NCBI GenBank assembly: GCA_029856145.1
Contig: JAHQWK010000030.1
Coordinates: 9,261-73,260, forward strand
DNA: 64,000 bases
Reading direction: 5' to 3'
Origin: Promethearchaeia archaeon
GTDB taxonomy: Archaea > Asgardarchaeota > Lokiarchaeia > Sigyniarchaeales > SOKP01
Position 1 is the first letter of the stretch, and every line of letters begins with the position of its first letter. The translations under genes were made by a program, and so were the position numbers. A model generated the notes under the pieces. It was not told the DNA's origin, made no database searches, and saw only the letters and a program-made list of their open reading frames with translations. Shown piece after piece: positions 40,081-50,330 of this stretch.

Positions 40081-40287
40081 TTGAAACCTAAAGATAAAAC
40101 ATGTAAATGGTATCAAGGTTGCCCAATTAAACTTTTTGTTGAAAGTGGTAAACTAGACAAAAAATGGGTCGAAGACTATTGTTTAATTGGAAATAAAGAT
40201 TGTGTGAGATATCAATTAGAAGAAAATGGAAAGTATCATCCCGATAATCTGCTACCTAATGGTGATATTAAAAATGATCTTTCTTAG
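40081..40287 (+). CDS. Small Cys-rich hypothetical protein
   Basis: CKWYQGCP...YC....DCVRY...HPDNLLPNG. Confidence 0.7.
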   Translation: MKPKDKTCKWYQGCPIKLFVESGKLDKKWVEDYCLIGNKDCVRYQLEENGKYHPDNLLPNGDIKNDLS

Positions 40288-40301
40288 TTCTAATTAATCA
40301 T

Positions 40302-40706
40302 TTAATCATGATGATGATGTTCATGGTTATCATCAGCATCAGTATGAATTTTTTCAACACCATATCCTTTACCACCCCCTGGAGCACAAAGACTTTCTCC
40401 TCCTTCTAAAGTTCCGTCTAGTATCTTTTTGATAACATCATCAATTTTACCAGAAATTCCTACAATTACTTCAATTCCATATTGATTAAAAAAAGCTTCA
40501 GCTCTGCGACCCATTCCTCCCGCTATCATGTATTTCGCTCCCTGTTGGTTTACAAATTCGGGTATACTGCCTACAGAATGACCTGGATTTTGAAGTACTT
40601 CTTTTTCTATTACTTGGTTATTTTCGATCGTAACAAGAGTAAACTCTGGCGCTCGGCCAAAGTGAGCGCAAACATTTCCTGAATCTGTACTAATAGCTAT
40701 TTTCAT
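40302..40706 (-). CDS. NifB/NifX-family protein
   Basis: MKIAISTD, AHFGRAPEF, AGGMG; His-rich tail. Confidence 0.9.
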   Translation of the reverse strand: MKIAISTDSGNVCAHFGRAPEFTLVTIENNQVIEKEVLQNPGHSVGSIPEFVNQQGAKYMIAGGMGRRAEAFFNQYGIEVIVGISGKIDDVIKKILDGTLEGGESLCAPGGGKGYGVEKIHTDADDNHEHHHHD

Positions 40707-40758
40707 TTTTTTATCAACTCTGTTATATATTTGATTAATATATAATTATATTTATAAT

Positions 40759-40778
40759 TTATGAATAATTATTCATAA
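40759..40778. promoter_or_regulatory. Perfect 20-bp palindromic operator
   Basis: TTATGAATAATTATTCATAA between the divergent nifX-like and DUF134 genes. Confidence 0.75.
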
Positions 40779-40968
40779 TAAATATTATGTGTATAAATTT
40801 GTATAAAACCATATAATATATTAAGTATAAAGATGAAAAGAACTAAAATATTTCTTTATAAATATTTTCTTATAATTTTGAATAATTAATAATAAAAATC
40901 TAAATTAATACTTTTATATAGTATATCAATTGGAAATATTGTTATAATCATTTTTTTGGTGATTCGAT

Positions 40969-41388
40969 ATAGGAAGAAACAGACATCGACGATGGGTTAA
41001 TCAAACTCCTAATAATACTTATTTCCCTGGAGATTCACCTAAAACCCAAGATTCGATAATAATAACTGTTGCTGAATTTGAAGCTATGAGATTAAAACAT
41101 TATTTAGGCTTGAATCAGAAAGCAGCTGCTGAAAGAATGGATATAAGTCAACCTACATTTTCAAGAATTCTTGAAAGCGCTCATCAAAAAAACACCTTAG
41201 CTCTGCTTGAGGGGAAAGAAATTAAAGTCTATGGTGGGAATTTTGATTATAAGTTAAGCTTTAAGGGATATGGATGTCATAACTGTAATCATGAGTGGGA
41301 AGATCCTAATGCGTCCAAGAATGGAAAAGTTAATTGCATTAAATGTAATTCCAATAACGTATATCATCTTATTAGAGAATACATGTAG
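40969..41388 (+). CDS. DUF134-family DNA-binding protein with C-terminal zinc ribbon; probable AUA start
   Basis: (I)GRNRHRRWVNQTP...EFEAMRL..YLGLNQKAAAERMDISQPTFSRILESA; CHNCNHEW..CIKC. GGTGA lies 6 nt before ATA 40969, with an in-frame TGA at 40960. Confidence 0.88.
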   Translation: MGRNRHRRWVNQTPNNTYFPGDSPKTQDSIIITVAEFEAMRLKHYLGLNQKAAAERMDISQPTFSRILESAHQKNTLALLEGKEIKVYGGNFDYKLSFKGYGCHNCNHEWEDPNASKNGKVNCIKCNSNNVYHLIREYM

Positions 41389-41410
41389 ATTCTTATTTTA
41401 AATAAAAAGA

Positions 41411-42343
41411 TTAAATTAAAGTTTTATTCCATAATATTTCTTTTAAATTTTGATAAATCATTTTAATAGATAAACTTGCTTTAGAATCTGGGGCAAAATC
41501 TACAACTGGTTCAGCAAAAGACATTGCTTTCGGGATTGATAAGTCGAATGGAATTTTTCCCAAGATGTCAAACCCCGTATTGTCGATGTAATCCTTGAAT
41601 TTATCTTGAAAAGGGCTTTTCAAATCAGATTTATTAATTATTATCCCAAACGGAATTTTAAATTGCTGTACGACTTCTATCGCCCGTATTAGGTCGTGTA
41701 ATCCAGAAGGAGTAGGTTCGGTTACGGTAATGACATAATCCAAGCCTGAAACGGTCGCAATTACGGGGCAGCCAATTCCCGGAGGGCCATCTATTAATGT
41801 TAAATTGGTTTCTTCGAACTCTTTTAAGTTCTTCACAAATTCTTTAGTATCCGAGACTAACTTTCCGGATGTTGAGCTTCCTAAAATGGTTTTGCCATAA
41901 ACTAGCGGTGAGCCCATCTCTGAAATGTAAGAAACGATAACTCCGCTTTTAACGGAATTTATTTCAAAGGCGTGCTCAGGACATAAAAACTTACAAGCCC
42001 CACATCCCTCACACGCTAAATAATCCACTACTGGAACTTGATTATCATCGTCCCATCCTAACGCGTGAAACTCACAAAAATGCTCGTCAATGCATTTCTT
42101 ACAATTAACACATTTTTGTTCGAGGAATGTAGCTTTTAGAGTAACATAAATGTCTTGACTCTTTATTGTATCTTCAGCCATCGCCGGAAGTATTAAAGAT
42201 AGATTAGGAGCGTCTACATCACAATCAAGTACGATTGTTTTTAAATCCGGATCCTTATTGGCTAAACTTGCCAAGGATGCAACCAGAGAAGTTTTACCTA
42301 CTCCACCTTTCCCCGAAATGATTCCAACATTCTTTTTTTCCAT
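41411..42343 (-). CDS. MinD-superfamily P-loop ATPase with inserted ferredoxin
   Basis: SGKGGVGKT, DCDVDAPNL, CEGCGACKFLCP, DGPPGIGCPV, VTEPTPSGLHD. ATG 42343 follows GGGGAG. Confidence 0.92.
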   Translation of the reverse strand: MEKKNVGIISGKGGVGKTSLVASLASLANKDPDLKTIVLDCDVDAPNLSLILPAMAEDTIKSQDIYVTLKATFLEQKCVNCKKCIDEHFCEFHALGWDDDNQVPVVDYLACEGCGACKFLCPEHAFEINSVKSGVIVSYISEMGSPLVYGKTILGSSTSGKLVSDTKEFVKNLKEFEETNLTLIDGPPGIGCPVIATVSGLDYVITVTEPTPSGLHDLIRAIEVVQQFKIPFGIIINKSDLKSPFQDKFKDYIDNTGFDILGKIPFDLSIPKAMSFAEPVVDFAPDSKASLSIKMIYQNLKEILWNKTLI

Positions 42344-42347
42344 TACT

Positions 42348-43286
42348 TTAGCTCCCCTCACCTTGTTCTTTAGTTTCCATCCATTCGATTAAATTCTCAA
42401 ATATCCTTTTAAATGCTTTATACCCCTTTCCATTCTTGTCAGTTTCGCTATTTCCATCCATTAAAGGCACGCCTATACAATACGAATGTACGATGTCGTC
42501 ATCTAAAGGAATGTCGCCAAGAATTATTATATTCTTTTCTTTTAACTCCTTTAAGAATTCGTCTCTGAAGCCCAATAACGAAGATCTATTAACAATAGCT
42601 CGATGATCTTTATTCAATAATTCAATTAGTTCTATTATCCGGATCAAGTCTAACTTACCAAACCTAGTTGGCTCTGTAACGGGAATTACTAAATCGGCCT
42701 TATTGATTAAGGCTTCTACATCACAATGCGCCCCTGGAGAGGTATCTAGAATGACTACATCGAACCTATCCGGATCATCTTTTATAATCTTGTCAAGTTC
42801 TTCGAGGAGCGTTTCTACAATTGCTACCGAACGAGCCTCTGCCGGTTTTAATTCACCTATTAAAAGAGAAATCCCGTTTACTTTTGTCGAATAAGTCCAG
42901 CCTATTACTTTTGAATCAGCTTCAATTGCCTCTTCCGGACATATCTTATAACATAATTGGCATCCAGAACATAAGGCTAATACTGGAATGGGAAATGAAT
43001 CTGTTATGTGTAATAAAGCATGCGGCGCACAATTTTGAGCACATAATCCACATTTAGAGCATTTACTTTCAATAATTTTAGGTTTGAAAAATGGAACATC
43101 TCTCTTATTTTCAAGCCTTCCATTTAATAATAAATATGTATTAGGATTTTCTACATCACCATCAATAAGAAGAACCTTTTTTCCCTCATTTTTAAACATG
43201 ACAGCAAGATTAACAGCACATAAAGTTTTACCAGTTCCTCCTTTACCTCCCGTAATACAAATTATTTTGGATTTATTGCTACTCAT
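42348..43286 (-). CDS. MinD-superfamily P-loop ATPase with inserted ferredoxin (partner paralog)
   Basis: GGKGGTGKT, DGDVENPN, CSKCGLC and CSGCQLC, VTEPTRFG. Confidence 0.92.
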   Translation of the reverse strand: MSSNKSKIICITGGKGGTGKTLCAVNLAVMFKNEGKKVLLIDGDVENPNTYLLLNGRLENKRDVPFFKPKIIESKCSKCGLCAQNCAPHALLHITDSFPIPVLALCSGCQLCYKICPEEAIEADSKVIGWTYSTKVNGISLLIGELKPAEARSVAIVETLLEELDKIIKDDPDRFDVVILDTSPGAHCDVEALINKADLVIPVTEPTRFGKLDLIRIIELIELLNKDHRAIVNRSSLLGFRDEFLKELKEKNIIILGDIPLDDDIVHSYCIGVPLMDGNSETDKNGKGYKAFKRIFENLIEWMETKEQGEGS

Positions 43287-43324
43287 AAGAGATATCTTTT
43301 TTTTCTAATTATCTTTTAGTTCTT

Positions 43325-43786
43325 CTAGGGTTGATTATCTCTTCCCATACCTTGACCTCGTCCTCCCATGCCTCTACCACCACCCCCCATACCTCGACCA
43401 CCTCCCATTCCATAGTGTGAAGCGACATTTGAGGTAGCAATCGGTTGTAATTTTCCTTCTATATAGAGATTCATAACTTCTTTTATCGTAATTGCTTGAT
43501 TTGGAGCTTGAAAGATTTTTATATTTAAAGCATTAAGCCCACTAGCTGCATTAGGACCTAAAAACCCTACGATTATAACAGTAGCACCATTATTACCAAT
43601 TATTTGAGTAGCTTGTACACCAGCTCCCCCCATCGCATTTGCTGCAGGATTTGGAACCGCTTTAACGGCTTTAATCTCGTTATTTTCCAATTCAACAAAT
43701 GTGAAACTTACACATCTTCCAAAACGAGGACTCATTTGATCATTTAAGCCTCCACTTCCCATTGAAGGAATTGCAATAATACTCAT
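43325..43786 (-). CDS. NifB/NifX-family protein with Gly/Arg-rich tail
   Basis: IAIPS, SPRFGRC..F, GGAGVQA, GPNA; C-terminal GMGGGRGMG repeats. Confidence 0.9.
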   Translation of the reverse strand: MSIIAIPSMGSGGLNDQMSPRFGRCVSFTFVELENNEIKAVKAVPNPAANAMGGAGVQATQIIGNNGATVIIVGFLGPNAASGLNALNIKIFQAPNQAITIKEVMNLYIEGKLQPIATSNVASHYGMGGGRGMGGGGRGMGGRGQGMGRDNQP

Positions 43787-43846
43787 TCTTTTTTACACCA
43801 TTTTTCTTTTTTTTTTTTAGTAACTTTTTTAACTTTTGAATAATTT

Positions 43847-43860
43847 TGAATAATTATTCA
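43847..43860. promoter_or_regulatory. TGAATAATTATTCA operator site
   Basis: Perfect 14-bp palindrome between the divergent nifX-like and mrp genes; extra half site at 43837. Confidence 0.72.
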
Positions 43861-44014
43861 TTACTAGAAAAAACTTGAAAATATTTAAATTTAACTTATT
43901 TAGATTAAAATTACATTTAATTTAATAAAAATTAAGAGGTAAACGAATATTCAAGAAAAAAAAATTCCAGATATTGATTTAAAGAAGACAGTTGAACAAG
44001 GAAAGAAAGAAAAA

Positions 44015-44821
44015 ATGGATGAATTAACGGAGAATATTAACAAAAACATGGATAAAATTAAGCACAAAATCGTTGTTATATCAGGTAAAGGTGGAGTCGG
44101 AAAAACCACAGTAGCTATAAACCTTGCTATGAGTTTAGTAAGCGTTGGATTGAGGGTTGGAATCTTAGATGTGGATATAACAGGTCCAAATGTACTGAAG
44201 ATGCTGGGTATTGACCCAAATCTTAAACCGAGGGTTGATGCTGAAAAGAAAAGATTTTATCCCGTTAATGGGCCCTTAAATCTTAAAGTAATGAGCATGG
44301 CTTTTCTCATTGAAAGTTCAGACTCACCAGTTATTTGGAGGGGTCCAATGAAAATGAGTGCAGTAAGACAGTTTTTAGGGGAGGCTATTTGGGGTGAATT
44401 AGACTATTTAATTTGTGATTTACCACCAGGAACATCAGATGAAACCTTAGATATTTTACAACTTATTCCCGACGAGAATGTTATCGTAGTTTCGACACCT
44501 CAAGAAGTTGCGTTAATGGATGCTCGAAAAACTATTAGAATGGCTCAGATAATGGAAAGAAAAGTACTTGGTTTAATAGAAAACATGTCTGGCTTCGATT
44601 GTCCTCATTGTGGAGAACATATTGATTTGTATCCCCCCGGTGGTGTAGAAAAGGCATCTCAGGATTTTGAAATTCAATTATTAGGTAAAATACCTTTTGA
44701 AGTTGAAGTAAGCCAGCAAGGTGATAGGGGCTTACCTTTTGTATTAAAATATCCTGAAAGTAAATCATCCAAAGCATTTAAAGAGACAGTAAAAAAGATT
44801 CGAGGAATACTGGAAAATTAA
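44015..44821 (+). CDS. mrp: Mrp/ApbC/NBP35 Fe-S cluster carrier ATPase
   Basis: SGKGGVGKT, VIWRGPMK, DLPPGTSD, ENMSGFDCPHC. Confidence 0.93.
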   Translation: MDELTENINKNMDKIKHKIVVISGKGGVGKTTVAINLAMSLVSVGLRVGILDVDITGPNVLKMLGIDPNLKPRVDAEKKRFYPVNGPLNLKVMSMAFLIESSDSPVIWRGPMKMSAVRQFLGEAIWGELDYLICDLPPGTSDETLDILQLIPDENVIVVSTPQEVALMDARKTIRMAQIMERKVLGLIENMSGFDCPHCGEHIDLYPPGGVEKASQDFEIQLLGKIPFEVEVSQQGDRGLPFVLKYPESKSSKAFKETVKKIRGILEN

Positions 44822-44907
44822 AAGAATAATTTTTATAAATTTTCAAAATTTTCAAATCAATAATAAATCAAGCTTTTATTGAAAAACCTCGAAGTAGTAA
44901 TAATAAA

Positions 44908-45348
44908 ATGCCACCAGATAATTTAGATAAATGGGTAGAAGAAATTCAAAAAGAAATCATAGAAGAGGAAATTAAAAGATATAATAAATATATTGTTGAA
45001 TTACTTCAAAATCCAAAAAATTGGGGTAAACCAAAAGATGATGAAATAAGTGCATGGCATACATATGAAGGATCATGCGGGGATACAATGCAATTCTTTC
45101 TGAAGATCAAGGAAAGTATAATTGAAAAAGCGAATTTTATTACAGATGGCTGTGGTGCTACAGTAGCAGCGGGAAGTCAAACTACTATGATGGTAGAAGG
45201 CAAAGTATTAGAATTTGCTGAGAATTTACAACCAATTGATGTCGAAAATGCTTTAGGTGGCTTACCTGATGATCATAAACATTGTGCTGAATTAGCAGTA
45301 ACTACTTTAAAACGTGCGATTGAGAAATACAAAATACAAAGTTCTTGA
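44908..45348 (+). CDS. IscU/NifU-like Fe-S scaffold protein
   Basis: NPKNWG, SCGDTM, TDGCGA, LGGLP..HKHCA. Confidence 0.9.
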   Translation: MPPDNLDKWVEEIQKEIIEEEIKRYNKYIVELLQNPKNWGKPKDDEISAWHTYEGSCGDTMQFFLKIKESIIEKANFITDGCGATVAAGSQTTMMVEGKVLEFAENLQPIDVENALGGLPDDHKHCAELAVTTLKRAIEKYKIQSS

Positions 45349-45370
45349 TAAAGGTTCTTAATAGAAAAAT

Positions 45371-46306
45371 ATGAAATATGTATATGGACCTGTTCCTAGC
45401 AGGAGATTAGGAAATTCATTAGGAATTGATCCAATCCCTTCTAAGACATGTAATTATCAATGTATCTATTGTCAATTAGGTAAAACAACTAATTTTACTA
45501 ATATCCGGAAGAATTACTTCCCGAAGAAAGATATCACTGCTGAAATCGAAAAAGCAATCAAATTAAATGAAAATAAATTCGATTATATAACCTTTGTAGG
45601 TAGTGGCGAACCTACATTATATAAAGATTTAAAGGATTTGATAATAAAAACTAAAGAGTTATCTGAAAAACCTTTATGCGTGATTACTAATGGAAGTTTA
45701 CTTTATGAAAAAGGAGTTCAGAATGCTTTAATATATTCAGATGTAGTTTTACCTAGTTTAGATGCTGGAGATGAAAAATCATTCCTAAGAATAAATCGCC
45801 CTCATCCCTCTATTAATTTTGAAAAATTAATTCAAGGTTTTATAGATTTTAAGAAGAAATTCGAGGGGAGATTTTGGATAGAAGTGATGTTAATGAAGGG
45901 GATTAATGATTCTAAAGAAGAATTATTCAAAATTAAAGAAAAAATTGATATAATAAAACCAGATAAAATAGATATCAATGTTCCAATAAGACCTCCAGTA
46001 GAAAAATGGGTTGAAATTCCTGATAACAGTATATTTTTGATTTTAAATGAAATTTTTGGTGATTATTCTAATATAAGTTTTCCTGAGAAAGGATTATTCA
46101 GGACCCATTCTTTAGATTTCGAAAAAGAGGTTCTATCTATACTTGAGAGACATCCAATGAGACAAGATCAAATAATTGAAACATTTTCTACTTCTGGTTT
46201 GAATAAAGAAATGATTATAACGGGATTAAAAAAGCTTAAATCTCAAGAAAGAATTAAAGAGATTCTCTATAATAAGCAAACCTTTTGGAAATTAAATCTT
46301 GATTAA
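45371..46306 (+). CDS. Radical SAM protein
   Basis: YGPVPSRRLGNSLGID, CNYQCIYCQLG, GSGEPTL, TNGSLL. Confidence 0.92.
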   Translation: MKYVYGPVPSRRLGNSLGIDPIPSKTCNYQCIYCQLGKTTNFTNIRKNYFPKKDITAEIEKAIKLNENKFDYITFVGSGEPTLYKDLKDLIIKTKELSEKPLCVITNGSLLYEKGVQNALIYSDVVLPSLDAGDEKSFLRINRPHPSINFEKLIQGFIDFKKKFEGRFWIEVMLMKGINDSKEELFKIKEKIDIIKPDKIDINVPIRPPVEKWVEIPDNSIFLILNEIFGDYSNISFPEKGLFRTHSLDFEKEVLSILERHPMRQDQIIETFSTSGLNKEMIITGLKKLKSQERIKEILYNKQTFWKLNLD

Positions 46307-46683
46307 TATTCAAGTATTAGATTTTCTAATGCATTAGATACTTCAGGATTTAAATGATGTTCAATTTCACAAGATAATTTATGGACAATTGATTCATTTT
46401 TCAACTTTAGAACATGTACAAAAAACTTGAATAAGCAATTATAGTTTCTAATAGTGCTTAGAGCAATTCCCTTTCCTTTTTTAGTTAATCTTAAAGATTT
46501 TCTAGGTTTCCATGCAATGAGCTCATTTTCTTTTAAATTATATAACATGTTAGTCACTGAGGATGGTTTGACGTTTAAAAAATTTGAGATTTCAGAATTG
46601 GATGTCCAACCACCCTTATTACCTTTTGAAATTAAATAAATTGCTTTGAGATAATTTTCATAACTTTCATGAATTTCTGACAT
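46303..46683 (-). CDS. DtxR/MntR-family metal-dependent repressor
   Basis: ENYLKAIY, EIS..LNVKPSSVTNML, LTKKG, CEIEH. Confidence 0.92.
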   Translation of the reverse strand: MSEIHESYENYLKAIYLISKGNKGGWTSNSEISNFLNVKPSSVTNMLYNLKENELIAWKPRKSLRLTKKGKGIALSTIRNYNCLFKFFVHVLKLKNESIVHKLSCEIEHHLNPEVSNALENLILEY

Positions 46684-46720
46684 TTTATCACTTAATATTT
46701 AAAAAAAAAAAATAAAGAAT

Positions 46721-47101
46721 TTATTCTTTCTTTTCTAAATCTTCAATTCTTTTAGAGATATCATCCATTGCGCTTTTAATTCCATTCATTTCTGATTCTA
46801 GATATTCTTTTTCTTGCTTAAGCATCGTTAACTGATTCTCTGGCGTGATTTTTGGTATAATACCTGATGGATATGGAGCATAAACAGGTGCATAGATTGG
46901 AGCTCTATAACCCAAACCATAACCTCTACCATACCCATAACCTCTACCATACCCCATTCCCCTACCTCGTCCCCAACCTCGACCAAGTCCCATTCCAGGA
47001 CCCCTTGTATATCCTGGTGAATCATAACCCGCACAATATCCTAAACCTCTACCAGTCATTGAACCTAATCCTCTAGGTCCAGTTCTATCTCCACTTGGCA
47101 T
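46721..47101 (-). CDS. DUF5320-family protein (RG/GY-rich with C-terminal coiled coil)
   Basis: MPSGDRTGPRGLGSMTGRGLGYCAG, GRGYG repeats, coiled-coil end. Confidence 0.88.
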   Translation of the reverse strand: MPSGDRTGPRGLGSMTGRGLGYCAGYDSPGYTRGPGMGLGRGWGRGRGMGYGRGYGYGRGYGLGYRAPIYAPVYAPYPSGIIPKITPENQLTMLKQEKEYLESEMNGIKSAMDDISKRIEDLEKKE

Positions 47102-47125
47102 ATTTTTTCCTCCTAAGATTTTTTA

Positions 47126-47200
47126 TGAATGATTATTCATTATTATATATTATAATAATAGTATTAAACTACTTATTTAAGTGTTATGAATATATATTCA
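47126..47200. promoter_or_regulatory. Two TGAAT-N4-ATTCA operator sites upstream of the DUF5320 gene
   Basis: TGAATGATTATTCA 47126-47139 and TGAATATATATTCA 47187-47200. Confidence 0.7.
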
Positions 47201-47390
47201 GAATACCTTAAAAATTTTATCATCAATTATAAAATTTTACAATAATATTCTAACTCATTTCTATAATATTAGAATAAATTGTTGCTGAAATTTAAATATT
47301 GTCGAAATTAATAATAATCTAATTATGGATTGATTCAATTTTTCATCGATTTTAAGAAAAATATAAAAAAAACAAAAGAAAACTTACATT

Positions 47391-47418
47391 TATTAGGCAT
47401 AACTAATAACTTTAAATA
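47391..47418 (+). promoter_or_regulatory. Putative DtxR-type box abutting the feoAB TATA box
   Basis: TATTAG-GCATAA-CTAATA palindrome (47391-47408) followed by TTTAAATA (47411-47418); DtxR-family gene 700 bp away. Confidence 0.65.
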
Positions 47419-47474
47419 TAATTAAACTTATATTTCAATAGGGAAAAAAAAGTTATTTTTCACAATAAAATACC

Positions 47475-47792
47475 ATGAAATCAAAATTCGAAAGTTCGAA
47501 GGTTCATTTCAAGAGAAAAAGAAAAGTTGAACCACTAATAAATCGCTTGATTGACTGTCCAATCGGAGTAAAACTAAAAGTATTAAGAGTAAATACCGGT
47601 CATCATGGTCATCATGGTCATCATGCTAAAAGAAGGCTTGCTAATTTAGGAATTATACCAGGTGTTCAAATAATTAAAAGAAAAGCTGCTCCTTTTCGAG
47701 GTCCTATTGAAATAATTGTAAAAGGATCCTTATTAGTTATTGGCAGAGGTTTAGCAGCTAGAATAATTGTAATTAATGAAAATTCTGAATAA
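47475..47792 (+). CDS. feoA: Ferrous iron transport protein A with His-rich insert
   Basis: RRLANLGIIPG, APFRGPI, IGRGLA; HHGHHGHH. Confidence 0.9.
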   Translation: MKSKFESSKVHFKRKRKVEPLINRLIDCPIGVKLKVLRVNTGHHGHHGHHAKRRLANLGIIPGVQIIKRKAAPFRGPIEIIVKGSLLVIGRGLAARIIVINENSE

Positions 47793-47851
47793 TTCTTTTA
47801 AAACAATTTGATAATTTAACCATAAAATATCTATATTTTTTAGAAAGAGAA

Positions 47852-49981
47852 ATGCAGATCAATAAAACTAAGAAAAAGCAGAATACGAAACCCAATAAAG
47901 TCAAAAATATTATTAATATTGCTTTAGCTGGTAACGCAAACGTTGGCAAATCAGTGATTTTTAATCAACTTACTGGACTTTCTCAAACTATAGGAAATTG
48001 GCCTGGAAAAACTGTAGAAAAAATGGAAGGACATTTGAATTTTTTAGGGTATAGATTTAATATTGTAGATTTACCGGGAATTTATTCCCTATCAACCTAC
48101 TCACTAGAGGAAATTATTAGTAGAGAGTACATAGTATCGGAAGAAGTAGATATTATTATTAATGTAATAGATGCTACGAATCTTGAGCGTAATTTATTCT
48201 TTACATTCCAACTATTAGAATTAAAAGTCCCGATGATATTAGCTATCAATCAAATGGATATATTACGAAAGAGAAATCTAGAACTAAATTTTAAGAAGTT
48301 AGAAGAGATTTTCAAATTACCTGTTATTCCTGTTGTAGCAGTTCATGGTATAGGTGTTCATCAATTACTTGAAGAAGCAATAGAATTAGCAGTTTATCAC
48401 CAACCTACTTCCCATTATACTCAAGATGGCAAAAAAATTCATGATAAATTATCTCATGATGATAAAAAATTCAAAAATAAATTATCTACTAAAAAAACCT
48501 TCAAATTTCCAGATTTGTCTTCAATATTGACGTATGGTAAAGAAGTCGAAACTAGAGTAAATGAATTAATTAGAAACATTGATATGTATCCAGAATATTT
48601 CTCAAGATTTAATTACGTCTCAAAATTCTTAGCTAATAAGATTTTAGAAAACGATGAAGAAATTGAAAAAATTTTCAAGGCTAACCAGGAAACATCTTAT
48701 ATAATTGATTTAGCTGATAAATATCGAACAGAGTTAGAAGAAATACATGGGGAAGATATCAGTACAATCATCTCTTCTGAAATTTATACAAATATTCATA
48801 AAATCATTGAAGAAGTTGTCATTGTTAAAGGTCGTGGTGAAAAAAAACTTGGTTGGGCTGATAAACTAGATCACTTAACTACTCATTCTCTTTGGGGTTA
48901 TGTCATATTAATTTTAATCCTTTTTGGGATATATTATTTTACGTTCCTTATTGGAGATTTCTTTGGTGGAGTTATTGAGGATTTCTTTGAGGTTTTAAGC
49001 AACATTATCTATGATATTTTTGGAGAGGATGATTTGGGGGTTAAAATATTTTGGGAAGGTGGTATAGGAGGAATTTTTGGAGCATTAGGTGGTGTTTTGG
49101 TATATGTTGTCCCTTTCTTTTTAATTATTGAATTTTTACAAGATTCCGGTTATTTACCACGAGCAGCATACCTCATGGATAGATTCATGCATTTCTTAGG
49201 TGTTCATGGAAAAACTATTATTCCTATGATATTGGGATTTGGATGTAATGTTCCTGCATGTACTGGATGTAGAATCATGGAAACAGAACGGGAAAAGAAA
49301 ATTTCAATTGCATTAACCTCTCTAGTTCCATGTGCAGCAGTAATGACTGTAGTTTTAGGCTTGGTTGGACGGTATATAGGTATAACTTGGGTATTAATAT
49401 TGTTTGGAATAAATTTCATTGTCATAATAATTACTGGAAAAATATTAAATAAGGTTTTACCTGGTCAATGTACTGAGTTAATTATGGAAATGCATGAATA
49501 TCGTGTTCCAAATTATTCTGTTATTGCAAAACAAACCTGGGTAAGAACTAAAGAATTCATCTTTAAAGCAATGCCTATTATTGTTATATCAGGAGTCTTA
49601 TTAGAGATTTTCTTTATGTTCCGATTATTAGATCCTATCAATTTCATTTTATCACCAATTACTGTCTTTTGGTTAGGATTACCAGCTATTACTGGAATCT
49701 TTTTAATATATGGGATTCTTAGGAAGGAATTAACTTTAGTTCTTTTAGCTTTATTAGCAAATTCAATGGGTACTACTCTCCTAGGATTACTTACTCCAGT
49801 CCAGATGATCACATTCAGTTTAGTAACAATGCTTTATATCCCTTGCTTCGCAACTGTAGTTCTAATTGCTAAAGAAACTAATTGGAAATATGCTATACAA
49901 ATAGCTGGTCTTGAAATAGGAATGGCATTATTAATAGGAGGAGTGGTTAATTGGGGATTATTCTTCTTTATGAGTTTTTAA
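47852..49981 (+). CDS. feoB: Ferrous iron transport protein B
   Basis: [46 protein letters not shown]. Confidence 0.96.
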   Translation: MQINKTKKKQNTKPNKVKNIINIALAGNANVGKSVIFNQLTGLSQTIGNWPGKTVEKMEGHLNFLGYRFNIVDLPGIYSLSTYSLEEIISREYIVSEEVDIIINVIDATNLERNLFFTFQLLELKVPMILAINQMDILRKRNLELNFKKLEEIFKLPVIPVVAVHGIGVHQLLEEAIELAVYHQPTSHYTQDGKKIHDKLSHDDKKFKNKLSTKKTFKFPDLSSILTYGKEVETRVNELIRNIDMYPEYFSRFNYVSKFLANKILENDEEIEKIFKANQETSYIIDLADKYRTELEEIHGEDISTIISSEIYTNIHKIIEEVVIVKGRGEKKLGWADKLDHLTTHSLWGYVILILILFGIYYFTFLIGDFFGGVIEDFFEVLSNIIYDIFGEDDLGVKIFWEGGIGGIFGALGGVLVYVVPFFLIIEFLQDSGYLPRAAYLMDRFMHFLGVHGKTIIPMILGFGCNVPACTGCRIMETEREKKISIALTSLVPCAAVMTVVLGLVGRYIGITWVLILFGINFIVIIITGKILNKVLPGQCTELIMEMHEYRVPNYSVIAKQTWVRTKEFIFKAMPIIVISGVLLEIFFMFRLLDPINFILSPITVFWLGLPAITGIFLIYGILRKELTLVLLALLANSMGTTLLGLLTPVQMITFSLVTMLYIPCFATVVLIAKETNWKYAIQIAGLEIGMALLIGGVVNWGLFFFMSF

Positions 49982-50121
49982 ATTTCACTTTTTAGAACTA
50001 ATTAAAAATCATTTTTCCCTCCAAAATATTCATTTTTTAAGATTAGTATTGAAAACTACATAACTAAAAGAGTTTTTAACAAACAACCTAAAAATCTTAA
50101 TTTTTCTGATCTTAAATAAAC

Positions 50122-50208
50122 TGAATAATGTTCGATTCAAATAATTATATCTAACATATCGTACGATGATATAGGCAATAATCGAATTAACTTCGATAGG
50201 TTTAAATA
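50122..50208 (+). promoter_or_regulatory. Two YGAA-N5-TTCR (Lrp-type) sites upstream of a TATA box
   Basis: TGAATAATGTTCG 50122-50134; ATCGAATTAACTTCGAT 50181-50197; TTTAAATA 50201-50208. Confidence 0.62.
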
Positions 50209-50330
50209 TTATAATCTATATATTTTATATTAGAGAAACTAAATTGTTATAAAATCAAGAAAAATAATAAATGAATTTTATTCAGATTTATAATAAAAAA
50301 AAATTTTAAATTTTAATTAATACAAACGAG

